Below, in pieces: positions 1 to 9,831 of a stretch of DNA of 64,000 nucleotides. The translations under genes and the position numbers were made by a program. The stretch is taken from assembly GCA_977020255.1 (NCBI GenBank), contig CDROCS010006437.1, forward strand, positions 1 through 64,000. The letters run 5' to 3'. The notes under the pieces are model-generated. The model had not been told where the DNA came from, searched no databases, and worked only from the letters and a program-made list of their open reading frames with translations. The DNA is from Obrimoposthia wandeli (taxonomy: Eukaryota). Positions within the stretch are counted from its first letter, which is position 1; each line of letters begins with the position of its first letter.

Positions 1-114
1 ACAAGCCATGTATTGCTGCCTCTTGCGAAGTAGTTATTATACGTTCAGATTTAAATAAACCCGCTTCTTTTTATTTTGCAGTTCTCATGTATGTTGTTGT
101 ATTTTACCGTACAT
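1..114 (-). pseudogene. kbl: 5' fragment of glycine C-acetyltransferase (2-amino-3-ketobutyrate CoA ligase), frameshifted as given; runs off the window start
   Basis: Manual translation: ATG at 114 gives MYGKIQQHT*; a second frame from 67 gives EAGLFKSERIITTSQEA. Together these match the typical flavobacterial Kbl N-terminus (MYGKI...E.GL(F/Y)K.ERIITS.Q). Absent from the ORF track. The frameshift is probably a sequence error. Confidence 0.75.
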
Positions 115-147
115 TTTTGTTTATTTTTTTTACAAAATTATATTTTT

Positions 148-3100
148 TTAAACTTCTTCTACTACAATTTCATTATTAATATATACCAATAATTTTTTTT
201 CAATTATATATCCTAAATTTTCTAAAGTATTCGCATAATTTTCAATTTGAATATGGTGTTTTTTATCAGGCACTCCTGTTTTATAATCTATAATAGTTGT
301 TTTACCTTCAATAACTACCAATCTGTCTGGAATCACAATTCTTTTTTCAGTAGTTACAATTTCTTGTTCATTATAAACTGTATTATTTTGTTCAAAATAA
401 TCTCTTAATTGAGGATGATTAATAATGTTTTTTAAAATTACCGTAATATCTCCTTTATTAACTTCTTTAATTATTCCATTATATACATATTGGTGTACAA
501 CTTCATCAACATCATCTATAGTAATTATTTTTGATAAAATTTCATGAACCAAATTTCCATAAACAATTGCTTTTCCTTGTTCCGTTTCCCATAAGACAGA
601 AGAGTTTGCAACAATTGAAATATTTTGATTTTTCCAAGAATTCGAAATAAAACTATTTTGGGTTGTAGCTTTACTTTCTTCAACTAAAAACTTTCCTATT
701 CTTTTTTCATTTCCAAAACTGTATGTCAATTTTTCATCATCCCATAAATTAAGCTGTTTTAGATAATTTATAAACAAGCCAGAAGTATGATTTAAGTTTT
801 CTTCTTTTTTAGATGAAATACTTTTTTCTGAAACTATATATAATTGTTCTATTGGTCTTGTTAATGCAACATACAATAAATTAAAATTGTCTAATTCTAC
901 TTCTTCTCGCTGCTCATTAAACAAAGCTTCACCTTGTTCACCTATATAATTTAACTTTTTATTGTAATTAATTAATACTGATTTAATGGAGTCTGACTCT
1001 TCATAATTATACCAGGTTTTTGGATTTATTTGTTTATAAATATCAATATTATAAGGATAAATAACAACTTGAAATTCCAAACCTTTCGCTTTATGAATAG
1101 TCATAATTCGTATAGCATTTTTGTTCTCTGGAGCTACTATACTCAATTTGTCTTTCTTCAACTCCCAAAACTCTAAAAAGGCTAAAACGGATACTTGCTT
1201 TTTTTGTTGAAATTCAAAAACTATATCTAAAAAGAATTGAACATTAGAATCCGATTCAGTTACTAAATTAAAACTCCTTATTATAAACTCTATGCTTTCG
1301 TAAAAAGGACTTTGAATAAATTCATTATAATCAAATGTAACGTGGTAATCTTTTAACTTATTAAAAAATTCTGAAGTTGGTAAATTAACAAACTCACTAA
1401 AAAATGTATGCTTTGCTTCTTCAATATTTAAATAGTCATATAAAAAGTATAATAATTTTATTTTATACTCCTTATTTATTGGGTTTTGTAGTACATATAA
1501 TAAGTCAATAATAAACCTAACTTTAGGACTGTTGCCTAAAAGTAAAGTTTCAGAAGAAATAATTTCAAGTCCTTTTTCAGATAAATAATTTGCGACTGCA
1601 ATTCCTTGTTTTCTTGTTCTAACTAAAACACAAACTTCATTTTTTTGAAAAGATGGATCTAAATTTTCAATTATTTCATGAACTTTTTTAGGGTAAACTA
1701 AATCTCTTTCTTCATCATCTTTTTGCTTTTCAACAAAAGACAACTCAACATACCCACCTTCGTTTTTATTTGTTTTTTGATTGTTCCCCTCTAAAAATAA
1801 ATTGCTAAAACTTGGGTTATTTAAAAATTTTGAAATGTGTTTAAAAAAAGAATTATTGAAGTTTATTATTTCTGAATAACTTCTGTAATTAGTATCTAAA
1901 TTACATAGGTCTTTACCAATATAAAAAGGATTATTTTTCTTTTCCTGGTTGGAAGACGAAAGATCTATAAATTGTTCTGCTTTTCCACCTCTCCATCTGT
2001 AAATAGATTGTTTAGCATCTCCAACTAATAATAACTTACCTACTTCTCCTTCTTCGTTTTCTGAAGAAATTACATTATCAATCAATGGAATTAAATTTTT
2101 CCATTGTAATTCTGAAGTATCCTGCATTTCATCGATAAAATAATATCGAAATTTTTCACCAATCCGTTCATATATAAATGGAGCTGGCTCGTCTTTTATA
2201 GTGTCATTTATTCTTTGATTAAATTCAGCATTAAGCAAAATATTATTCTCGCTTTTAATCTCTTCTAATGAACTATTAATATAATTTAAAACCGCTAAAG
2301 GAATTAAACCATTTAATATTAAATCATTTAATGTTTTCTTCTGAAACAATTCCTCTGATTGATTGTACAAACCTAATAACTGAGGTAAAACTGCATCAAT
2401 AGAATTTTTAATTACATCTGATTTAGATTTTGAATAAAAAACCTCATCTTCAACATTTCTCTTTAAAGTACTTTGATCAAAAAATGAAATCTTTTTTGGA
2501 GGATTCGCTAAAGCATCAAAATGTTTTGGAAGTTGCGAACGATAAAAATCTTTATGTTCAACACCACAATTATTAATAATTGCTAAACCTTCTTCACCTA
2601 TTTCAAATGAATTAATTTCAATTTCTTTATTTTCCTTTTGAAGTGTTTTTTTTAACTTATCAAATTCAGAAATAGAAATTTTATCTAAAGATTTTAAACG
2701 TTTTGCATGGTTTTCATTCAGCAATATTTTAGCAAACGACTTTAATTCATTTGATATATCCCAAGCTTTATCATCTTCTAATTTTTGAATGGAATAACTT
2801 ACCAACAAATCTGTTAATTCTTTATGACTTCCTATTTTTGAAATAACAACATCAACCGCTTCATTTAACAATCTCTCAGCATCCATTTCAACCTCAAAAT
2901 TCATTGGTAAATCTAAATCATGTGCAAAGGTTCTTATTAGTTTATGTGTAAAGCTGTCAATTGTAGTGATGCTAAATGCCGAGTAATTTTGTAAAATGGC
3001 ATTTAATATATTTTTTGATCTATTAAAAACTGTTTCTTCATCTAAATCTATCTCTTTACAAATAAGAAATAGCATATCATTTTTTTCATTATTTGAAAAC

Positions 3101-3294
3101 GAATGAAGGTTTTTAATAACTCTTTCTTTCATTTCACCAGCTGCTTTATTGGTGAATGTGACTGCCAATATATTTTGAAACTTAAATATATTGGAACTCG
3201 CTAATAAAATTTTAAGATATTCTTTTACAAGGGTAAAGGTTTTCCCACTACCAGCTGAGGCATTATAAACTTGAAATGAAGTTGGTTTTTGCAT
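148..3294 (-). CDS. UvrD/AddA-like ATP-dependent helicase-nuclease (1048 aa)
   Basis: Walker A ASAGSGKT, VTFTNKAA, FIDEMQDT, VGDAKQSIYRWRGG, MTIHKAKGLE, LLYVALTR; C-terminal PD-(D/E)XK nuclease motif PDRL...IIDYKTG. Confidence 0.92.
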   Translation of the reverse strand: MQKPTSFQVYNASAGSGKTFTLVKEYLKILLASSNIFKFQNILAVTFTNKAAGEMKERVIKNLHSFSNNEKNDMLFLICKEIDLDEETVFNRSKNILNAILQNYSAFSITTIDSFTHKLIRTFAHDLDLPMNFEVEMDAERLLNEAVDVVISKIGSHKELTDLLVSYSIQKLEDDKAWDISNELKSFAKILLNENHAKRLKSLDKISISEFDKLKKTLQKENKEIEINSFEIGEEGLAIINNCGVEHKDFYRSQLPKHFDALANPPKKISFFDQSTLKRNVEDEVFYSKSKSDVIKNSIDAVLPQLLGLYNQSEELFQKKTLNDLILNGLIPLAVLNYINSSLEEIKSENNILLNAEFNQRINDTIKDEPAPFIYERIGEKFRYYFIDEMQDTSELQWKNLIPLIDNVISSENEEGEVGKLLLVGDAKQSIYRWRGGKAEQFIDLSSSNQEKKNNPFYIGKDLCNLDTNYRSYSEIINFNNSFFKHISKFLNNPSFSNLFLEGNNQKTNKNEGGYVELSFVEKQKDDEERDLVYPKKVHEIIENLDPSFQKNEVCVLVRTRKQGIAVANYLSEKGLEIISSETLLLGNSPKVRFIIDLLYVLQNPINKEYKIKLLYFLYDYLNIEEAKHTFFSEFVNLPTSEFFNKLKDYHVTFDYNEFIQSPFYESIEFIIRSFNLVTESDSNVQFFLDIVFEFQQKKQVSVLAFLEFWELKKDKLSIVAPENKNAIRIMTIHKAKGLEFQVVIYPYNIDIYKQINPKTWYNYEESDSIKSVLINYNKKLNYIGEQGEALFNEQREEVELDNFNLLYVALTRPIEQLYIVSEKSISSKKEENLNHTSGLFINYLKQLNLWDDEKLTYSFGNEKRIGKFLVEESKATTQNSFISNSWKNQNISIVANSSVLWETEQGKAIVYGNLVHEILSKIITIDDVDEVVHQYVYNGIIKEVNKGDITVILKNIINHPQLRDYFEQNNTVYNEQEIVTTEKRIVIPDRLVVIEGKTTIIDYKTGVPDKKHHIQIENYANTLENLGYIIEKKLLVYINNEIVVEEV

Positions 3295-3334
3295 TCATAT
3301 AAATTAAAATGCAAGTTAATAAAATATAACCTTA

Positions 3335-3961
3335 TTAATAGCAATTTTCTCCATTACCACCTCGACTTCCTGCTCTTCCGCCAAACAGTCTCATAACTGC
3401 ACTAAATGAATAATAAAAATGGGGTAACAATTCATAATCTGATGAGTTGTATTTATATCCTCCTTGGGCATTAATTCCAAACTTATCAGTTATCCATAAG
3501 TTGGCACCAATTCCAGCATTAATCGTTCCTGCACTATGGTAAGCTTTCACCCAATTATATCCACCACCAACATATATAAATGGGGTGAATTTAGTGTCAT
3601 TTCTCAGCACACTATATTGCAAATTTCCATCTAAGGCATAATATGGTAAGTCATTTGCTGATGTATCTCCTATTTTTGTTATTTTATTGTAAGAAAACGA
3701 AGCTTCAAATGCAAATTTTCCTTTTAAATGTTTAGCAACACTTAGTTTAGGGCCAGATATATTCCAGTGATCAGTTGCATTAGTGACTTCATTTAAAAAA
3801 CCACCTGTATTTCCAGTCCCAGGTTCATTGGTTGGAAAATAATCTACTGCATTAATACCAATACCCACAACCCATTTGTAAGTTTCGTCCTGTGAATAAA
3901 CATCATGATTTGTTATAAACAAAAATAATATAATTGTAGTAATTAAATAATTGCCATTCAT
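3335..3961 (-). CDS. Outer-membrane beta-barrel protein resembling the N-terminal barrel of flavobacterial OmpA proteins
   Basis: Signal-peptide-like N-terminus then QDETYKWVVGIGINAVDYF; alternating aromatic beta strands (FTPFIYVGGGY, GINAQGGYKY); no OmpA peptidoglycan-binding C-domain. Confidence 0.65.
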   Translation of the reverse strand: MNGNYLITTIILFLFITNHDVYSQDETYKWVVGIGINAVDYFPTNEPGTGNTGGFLNEVTNATDHWNISGPKLSVAKHLKGKFAFEASFSYNKITKIGDTSANDLPYYALDGNLQYSVLRNDTKFTPFIYVGGGYNWVKAYHSAGTINAGIGANLWITDKFGINAQGGYKYNSSDYELLPHFYYSFSAVMRLFGGRAGSRGGNGENCY

Positions 3962-4000
3962 TTTTAAATAAGAATTAGTTAGTAGTATTTAAAAACGTAA

Positions 4001-4042
4001 AAAAAGCGAATAAATTTTAATTATAAAATTTATTCGCTTTTT
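4001..4042. terminator. Intrinsic terminator downstream of the terB pair
   Basis: Perfect 19-bp inverted repeat AAAAAGCGAATAAATTTTA-atta-TAAAATTTATTCGCTTTTT with A/T runs at both ends. Confidence 0.8.
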
Positions 4043-4073
4043 CCGTATATGCAATCAACTATATAACAGTATG

Positions 4074-4508
4074 TTATATTCTATTTACATACTTTATTGC
4101 TTTCGTAAAATCTTCTAAATCATTGTCATTTAAAATTAAATGTATCGCTTCATCAGCAACTTTTTCAGCATTATCTGTTGGAAAACCTAATCCTACACAA
4201 ATTCTTCTAAGCACTTTTGCTTCATCTCCTACCACTTCATCATCAGCACAAATCATTTTACTTAAATCATACAAACGTTCAATTCGCTTGTCATAATTAT
4301 GTGGCGTGTGTAATGGGTAATCCTTTGGATTTTCTAAAATAGCTTTGTATTTGTCCTCTAAAATGTGAAACCTCTTTGCTAATCTTTTTAACAATTTTTC
4401 TTCATTTTCAGAAATTACTTCATCTGCTAAAGCTAGTCTAACTATACTTGCGAAATGTTCTATATTTCTCTTTTGTTCTCCACTTAAATTATAATCTGAT
4501 ATTGCCAT
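4074..4508 (-). CDS. TerB-like (tellurite resistance family) protein
   Basis: HFASIVRLALADEVISENEEKLLKRLA...ERLYDLSKMICADDEV...LRRICVGLGF: duplicated helical TerB pattern. Confidence 0.75.
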   Translation of the reverse strand: MAISDYNLSGEQKRNIEHFASIVRLALADEVISENEEKLLKRLAKRFHILEDKYKAILENPKDYPLHTPHNYDKRIERLYDLSKMICADDEVVGDEAKVLRRICVGLGFPTDNAEKVADEAIHLILNDNDLEDFTKAIKYVNRI

Positions 4509-4528
4509 GTTTTTGATCTTTTTAAAAA

Positions 4529-4536
4529 CAAATATA
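4529..4536 (-). promoter_or_regulatory. Bacteroidota sigma-70 -7 box for 4074..4508
   Basis: CAAATATA = TATATTTG on the minus strand, 20 nt upstream of the ATG. Confidence 0.55.
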
Positions 4537-4574
4537 AAAAAATCGGTAAAATATTTGATAATTAAACCATTAGA

Positions 4575-5015
4575 TTAATGATTCATTGGGTTCACTGTTT
4601 TTATAACATTTTTAAAATCCTCAATATCAGGCTCTTTTAAAAAGAATTTAATTGCCTCTTTTACAATCTCTCTTGCATTTTCCAATGGAAATCCAAGACC
4701 AACTGCAATTCGGTCCATCATAGAAGTTTTATCAATTGTTGGGTTTTTATCTAAAAATAACATTTTTGTTAAATCATACAACCTAACCAAACGATCATCA
4801 TAACTAACTGGCGGATTTACTGGAAATTTCCCTGGGTTTTTCAAAATCGTTTCAAATTCCCTTTTGGTAATATCTAACCTAATTGCTAATCTTTCCAATA
4901 ATTCAAGTTCGCTACCATCAATTTTATTATCTAAAAGTGCTAGCCTAACAATTGTAGCAAAATGCCCAACATTTTGTTGATGTAAACCTGTAGGATATAA
5001 ATCTGAAATAGACAT
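4575..5015 (-). CDS. TerB-like protein, paralog of the adjacent gene
   Basis: GHFATIVRLALLDNKIDGSELELLERLA...RLYDLTKML...RIAVGLGFP; aligns by eye with 4074..4508. Confidence 0.75.
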   Translation of the reverse strand: MSISDLYPTGLHQQNVGHFATIVRLALLDNKIDGSELELLERLAIRLDITKREFETILKNPGKFPVNPPVSYDDRLVRLYDLTKMLFLDKNPTIDKTSMMDRIAVGLGFPLENAREIVKEAIKFFLKEPDIEDFKNVIKTVNPMNH

Positions 5016-5091
5016 AAATTGCTTTTTATTAATTACTTATCTTAAATTTAAGGAATTATTCTCAATTCTTTTCGATTTTTTATTAAAATAG

Positions 5092-5099
5092 TACCTTTG
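5092..5099 (+). promoter_or_regulatory. Bacteroidota -7 promoter box for mfd
   Basis: TACCTTTG matches TAnnTTTG, 16 nt before the TTG start. Confidence 0.65.
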
Positions 5100-5115
5100 C
5101 CGAAATTCTCAACTT

Positions 5116-8100
5116 TTGAGCAAACAACATATTCTTAAAAATTACGAGCAAATTGTAGACAAAAAACAGTTAGCTCAACACTTATCAAAAGAAAAACACC
5201 ATTTTCAAATTTCGAATTTGGTTGGATCTTCATTGTCTTTTGTTATTTCAGAAAGTTTTAAAAAAGCAGAAAAACCATTCCTTTTAATCTTTAATGATAA
5301 GGAAGAAGCCGCTTATTATTTAAATGATTTGGAGCAGCTTCTAAACGATAAAGATGTCCTTTTTTATCCAGGATCTTACAGAAGACCTTATCAAATTGAA
5401 GAAACCGATAATGCCAATGTTTTACTTCGTTCAGAAGTATTAAACAGAATAAATTCTCGTAAAAAACCTGCTATTATTGTTACTTATCCCGATGCTCTTT
5501 TTGAACAGGTAGTAACAAAAGCTGAATTAAATAGAAGCACTCTAAAAGTAAGTGTAAACGACAATTTAAGTTTGGATTTTGTTAATGAAGTGCTATTTGA
5601 ATACAAATTCAATAGAGTAGATTTTGTAACTGAACCTGGTGAATTTTCTGTTCGTGGAGGAATTATAGATGTATTTTCTTTTTCTCACGATGAACCTTAT
5701 AGGATAGAATTTTTTGGTGACGATGTAGATAGTATTAGAACATTTGATATTGAAACGCAGCTATCAACTGAAAAACTTACCAAGATTAGCATAATGCCTA
5801 ATGTTGAAAATAAAGCATTGGATGAAAAGCGTGAAAGTTTTCTGAAGTATATCTCATCTAAAACTGTTGTTTTCACTAAAAATATTGAATTACTAGCTAG
5901 TAAACTTGATAAATTATATTCAAAAGCTGAAGAAACTTTTGAGAAATTAAATACCACAATACAACAAGCAGAACCCTCAGAATTATTTTGCGATAGCATT
6001 CTTATAAAAAGGCAATTACAAGGTTTTACTTTGGTTGAAATTGCAAACACAGGTATTAAAAAAGATGGCGAAAAACCATCCTTATTAAGTGAAGAAAACC
6101 CGAACAATATTATTTTCAACACAAAACCTCAGCCATCTTTTAATAAGCAATTCGATTTATTAATCGAAAATTTACAGCAAAACACTAAAAACGGATTTAA
6201 AAACTATCTGTTTTGTGATTCACAAAAACAAGCAGACAGGTTTGATGATATTTTTAAAGATGTTGAAGAAGAAATTGATTATAAAACAATTGTATTTCCA
6301 TTATATAACGGATTTATAGATGTTGAAAATAAATTAGTTTGTTATACAGATCATCAAATTTTTGAACGTTATCATAAATTCAGATTGAAAAATGGATTTG
6401 CTAAAAAGCAATCCATCACTTTAAAAGAGTTAACAAATCTTGAAATTGGGGATTTTGTAACTCATATTGATCATGGAATTGGAAAATTTGGAGGACTACA
6501 AAAAATTGATGTAGAAGGGAAAAAACAAGAAGCTATTAAACTTATTTATGGAGACAGAGATATTTTATACATAAGTATTCACTCACTTCATAAAATTTCA
6601 AAATACACTGGGAAAGATGGTAAAGCTCCTAAACTATATAAATTAGGATCTGGTGCTTGGAAAAAATTAAAACAAAAAACAAAATCACGCATTAGACACA
6701 TTGCATATAACTTAATTGAATTATATGCGAAGAGAAAAATGCAAAAAGGTTTTCAATACAATCAGGATAGTTATTTACAACACGAATTAGAAGCCAGTTT
6801 TTTATACGAAGATACTCCAGATCAAAATGCATCAACGAAAGATGTTAAAAATGACATGGAAAAAGAACAACCAATGGACAGATTGGTTTGTGGAGATGTT
6901 GGTTTTGGAAAAACTGAAATCGCTATTAGAGCTGCTTTTAAAGCAGTAGATAATGGTAAACAAGTTGCTATTTTAGTTCCTACGACTATTCTAGCATTTC
7001 AACATTTTAAAACTTTTAGTAAGCGTTTAAAAGATTTCCCTGTTACAGTTGATTATTTAAATCGTTTTAGAACTACAACACAAAGAAAAGGAGTTTTAGA
7101 AGGATTAGCTGATGGTTCTGTTGATATTGTTATTGGAACTCATCAACTTACGAATCCAGCCATAAAATATAAAGATTTAGGATTGTTAATTGTTGATGAA
7201 GAACAAAAATTTGGAGTCGCAGTTAAAGATAAGTTAAAGACTATAAAAGAAAATATAGACACTTTAACACTTACCGCAACACCAATACCAAGAACCTTAC
7301 AATTTTCATTAATGGCGGCTCGTGATTTATCAATTATAAATACACCTCCTCCAAACCGTCACCCAATTGAAAGTAATGTAATTCGTTTTAGCGAAGAAAC
7401 CATTAGAGATGCTGTACGATATGAAATTCAACGTGGTGGTCAGATATTTTTTATTCATAATAGAATTGAAAATATTACAGAAGTTGCTGGAATGATTCAA
7501 AGACTGGTTCCCGATGCTAAAATTGGAATTGGCCACGGACAAATGGAAGGTAAAAAGTTGGAAAATTTAATGCTCTCATTTATCAACAATGAATTTGATG
7601 TACTGGTTTCTACAACAATTATTGAAAGTGGTTTAGATGTACCTAATGCAAATACAATTTTTATTAATAATGCCAATAATTTTGGATTGTCAGATTTGCA
7701 CCAAATGCGTGGACGAGTTGGTAGATCTAACAAAAAAGCCTTTTGTTATTTCATTACTCCACCTTTTCATATGATGACAGATGATGCTCGTAAACGAATT
7801 GAAGCAATTTCACTATTCACCGACTTAGGAAGTGGAATTAATATTGCAATGAAAGATTTAGAAATTCGTGGAGCCGGTGATTTATTAGGTGGTGAACAAA
7901 GTGGATTTATTAATGATATTGGTTTTGACACTTATCAGAAAATTTTAAATGAAACCATTGAAGAATTAAAAGAAAACGAATTCAAAGAATTATACAAAGA
8001 CGAATCTAATAAGCCGAAAGAATACGTTAAAGAAATTCAAATTGATACCGATTTTGAGTTGTTAATTCCTGATGATTATATTAGTATTATTTCTGAACGA

Positions 8101-8487
8101 TTAAATCTTTACAATAAGCTGAGCGAGTTAAAAACGGAAGAAGAACTACAAAAATTTGAAGTAGAAATTACTGACCGTTTTGGTGAACTTCCTATACAAG
8201 TAGTGGATTTATTAAATAGTGTTCGCTTAAAATGGATTGCAAAACATTTAGGTATTGAACGATTAATTTTGAAGCAAAAAAGAATGATTTGTTACTTTAT
8301 TTCTGATCAACAGAGTTCTTTTTACAGTACTTCAACCTTTACAAAAGTTCTTGAATACACCCAAAAAAATCCAACAACCTGTGTTATGAAAGAAAAAGAA
8401 ACCAAGGCTGGATTGCGACTATTGTTAACATTTATCCGAATTGATTCTATCGATAAAGCTTTAGATACACTACAAAACATAGAGTAA
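5116..8487 (+). CDS. mfd: Transcription-repair coupling factor
   Basis: UvrB-homology N-terminus, CarD-like RID (GDFVTHIDHGIGKF), CGDVGFGKTE, DEEQKFGV, TLTATPIPRT, GLSDLHQMRGRVGRS, DLEIRGAGDLLG, TRCF C-domain. Confidence 0.97.
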   Translation: MSKQHILKNYEQIVDKKQLAQHLSKEKHHFQISNLVGSSLSFVISESFKKAEKPFLLIFNDKEEAAYYLNDLEQLLNDKDVLFYPGSYRRPYQIEETDNANVLLRSEVLNRINSRKKPAIIVTYPDALFEQVVTKAELNRSTLKVSVNDNLSLDFVNEVLFEYKFNRVDFVTEPGEFSVRGGIIDVFSFSHDEPYRIEFFGDDVDSIRTFDIETQLSTEKLTKISIMPNVENKALDEKRESFLKYISSKTVVFTKNIELLASKLDKLYSKAEETFEKLNTTIQQAEPSELFCDSILIKRQLQGFTLVEIANTGIKKDGEKPSLLSEENPNNIIFNTKPQPSFNKQFDLLIENLQQNTKNGFKNYLFCDSQKQADRFDDIFKDVEEEIDYKTIVFPLYNGFIDVENKLVCYTDHQIFERYHKFRLKNGFAKKQSITLKELTNLEIGDFVTHIDHGIGKFGGLQKIDVEGKKQEAIKLIYGDRDILYISIHSLHKISKYTGKDGKAPKLYKLGSGAWKKLKQKTKSRIRHIAYNLIELYAKRKMQKGFQYNQDSYLQHELEASFLYEDTPDQNASTKDVKNDMEKEQPMDRLVCGDVGFGKTEIAIRAAFKAVDNGKQVAILVPTTILAFQHFKTFSKRLKDFPVTVDYLNRFRTTTQRKGVLEGLADGSVDIVIGTHQLTNPAIKYKDLGLLIVDEEQKFGVAVKDKLKTIKENIDTLTLTATPIPRTLQFSLMAARDLSIINTPPPNRHPIESNVIRFSEETIRDAVRYEIQRGGQIFFIHNRIENITEVAGMIQRLVPDAKIGIGHGQMEGKKLENLMLSFINNEFDVLVSTTIIESGLDVPNANTIFINNANNFGLSDLHQMRGRVGRSNKKAFCYFITPPFHMMTDDARKRIEAISLFTDLGSGINIAMKDLEIRGAGDLLGGEQSGFINDIGFDTYQKILNETIEELKENEFKELYKDESNKPKEYVKEIQIDTDFELLIPDDYISIISERLNLYNKLSELKTEEELQKFEVEITDRFGELPIQVVDLLNSVRLKWIAKHLGIERLILKQKRMICYFISDQQSSFYSTSTFTKVLEYTQKNPTTCVMKEKETKAGLRLLLTFIRIDSIDKALDTLQNIE

Positions 8488-9350
8488 TGAAAAGTGAACA
8501 TTTAAAGCATATTGTTGAACTGAATATTGCAGTTTTACTTATTAGTACATCTGGAGTTTTGGGTAGGTTTATTTCAATGCCTCCTCCAATTACAATTTGG
8601 TGGCGTTGTCTTTTTGCCGCAATTATTTTAGGTTCTTATTGCTGGTATAAGAAGATTAATTTAAAAGTATTACGTAAAAAAGACTGGGTTACAATAATTT
8701 TAAGTGGTCTATTTTTTGGAGCTCATTGGGTTACCTATTTCTATGCTCTTCATTTATCTAGTGTTGCAATTGGTATGCTTTCACTATTTACGTACCCAGT
8801 AATTACTGCGCTTTTAGAACCTCTCTTTTTTAAATCAAAACTAAATAAAAATCACCTTCTTTTAGGTCTGGTAGTTTTAGTAGGAATTTATTTTTTATCG
8901 CCAGAGTTTAATATTGAAAACGATCAAACTAAAGGAGTATTATTTGGTTTAATTTCAGCTGTTTTTTATGCTATTCGAAACATTCTAATGAAGAAAAAAG
9001 TGGCTAATTATCACGGTTCAATGCTAATGTTTTACCAAATGGTGATAATTACCTTAGTTCTTTGGCCTGTACTTTTTATGTTTGAAGCAAACCCAACAGC
9101 AAACGATTGGCAAGCATTATTAGTTTTAGCCTTACTTACCACATCTATTGGACACACCTTATTTGTTATGAGTTTTAAAAATTTCTCAGTAAGTACTGCA
9201 AGTATAATGAGTAGTATTCAACCCGTTTACGGAGTTTTATTTGGCTTATTTTTCTTAAATGAAATTCCTTCTTCAAACACAATAATAGGTGGTCTTTTAA
9301 TTTTAACTACTGTTGTAATTGAAAGTATTCAATCTAAGAAATCATCTTAA
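8487..9350 (+). CDS. DMT/EamA family transporter
   Basis: About ten hydrophobic helices in two EamA halves; start overlaps the mfd stop (TAATG). Confidence 0.88.
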   Translation: MKSEHLKHIVELNIAVLLISTSGVLGRFISMPPPITIWWRCLFAAIILGSYCWYKKINLKVLRKKDWVTIILSGLFFGAHWVTYFYALHLSSVAIGMLSLFTYPVITALLEPLFFKSKLNKNHLLLGLVVLVGIYFLSPEFNIENDQTKGVLFGLISAVFYAIRNILMKKKVANYHGSMLMFYQMVIITLVLWPVLFMFEANPTANDWQALLVLALLTTSIGHTLFVMSFKNFSVSTASIMSSIQPVYGVLFGLFFLNEIPSSNTIIGGLLILTTVVIESIQSKKSS

Positions 9351-9405
9351 AAAAGAATTATAGAAACTTTAAAAAAAGGTAGTTGATTTTATCAATTATT
9401 AAATA

Positions 9406-9413
9406 TAGATTTG
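9406..9413 (+). promoter_or_regulatory. -7 promoter box for the hypothetical gene at 9462
   Basis: TAGATTTG matches TAnnTTTG. Confidence 0.5.
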
Positions 9414-9461
9414 CTGCAGTTGAGTTTTTACTAAAAAATCAAAAATTACCTTACTACTATA

Positions 9462-9830
9462 ATGGAATATTTTAGAATTATAAATAAGAAAACTACAGAA
9501 GCTAAAATACAAAGCAGTATTACACCTGAAAATGTAGATACTTTTGCCGAAACAATGTTGTTTTTAGAACCGGTTGAACATTATTTTAGTGGAGCTACCT
9601 TGTGGGGTGAATTCACTATTAGTTATGATAAGATAAAAGGAGGAGTTCGATTTACATTGTTAGATTGCCCAAATTCACTTTCTTGGACCATAACAACTGG
9701 ATTTCCACCAGATCGAGAAAAAATAATTATCCATTGTACAATAAACAGAATTCAAAAACCTACTCACTTTATTGAAGAACTAAAAGAATTTTTAGATGAA
9801 TGGGAAGAAGGAATACTAAAAGAGTTTTAG
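9462..9830 (+). CDS. Hypothetical protein (122 aa)
   Basis: Clean ATG ORF in an intergenic slot with its own promoter box; no recognised family. Confidence 0.75.
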   Translation: MEYFRIINKKTTEAKIQSSITPENVDTFAETMLFLEPVEHYFSGATLWGEFTISYDKIKGGVRFTLLDCPNSLSWTITTGFPPDREKIIIHCTINRIQKPTHFIEELKEFLDEWEEGILKEF

Positions 9831-9831
9831 A

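Noticed and set aside
85-87. Selenocysteine or TGA readthrough in kbl
   Set aside because: The downstream conserved sequence is in a different frame, so readthrough cannot restore it.
5697-7733. Minus-strand ORFs within mfd (5697..6122, 7330..7542, 7497..7733)
   Set aside because: Antisense to a highly conserved gene, with no motifs.
9370-9455. Riboswitch upstream of the 9462 gene
   Set aside because: Only a loose imperfect inverted repeat; it is better explained by the TAGATTTG promoter box.
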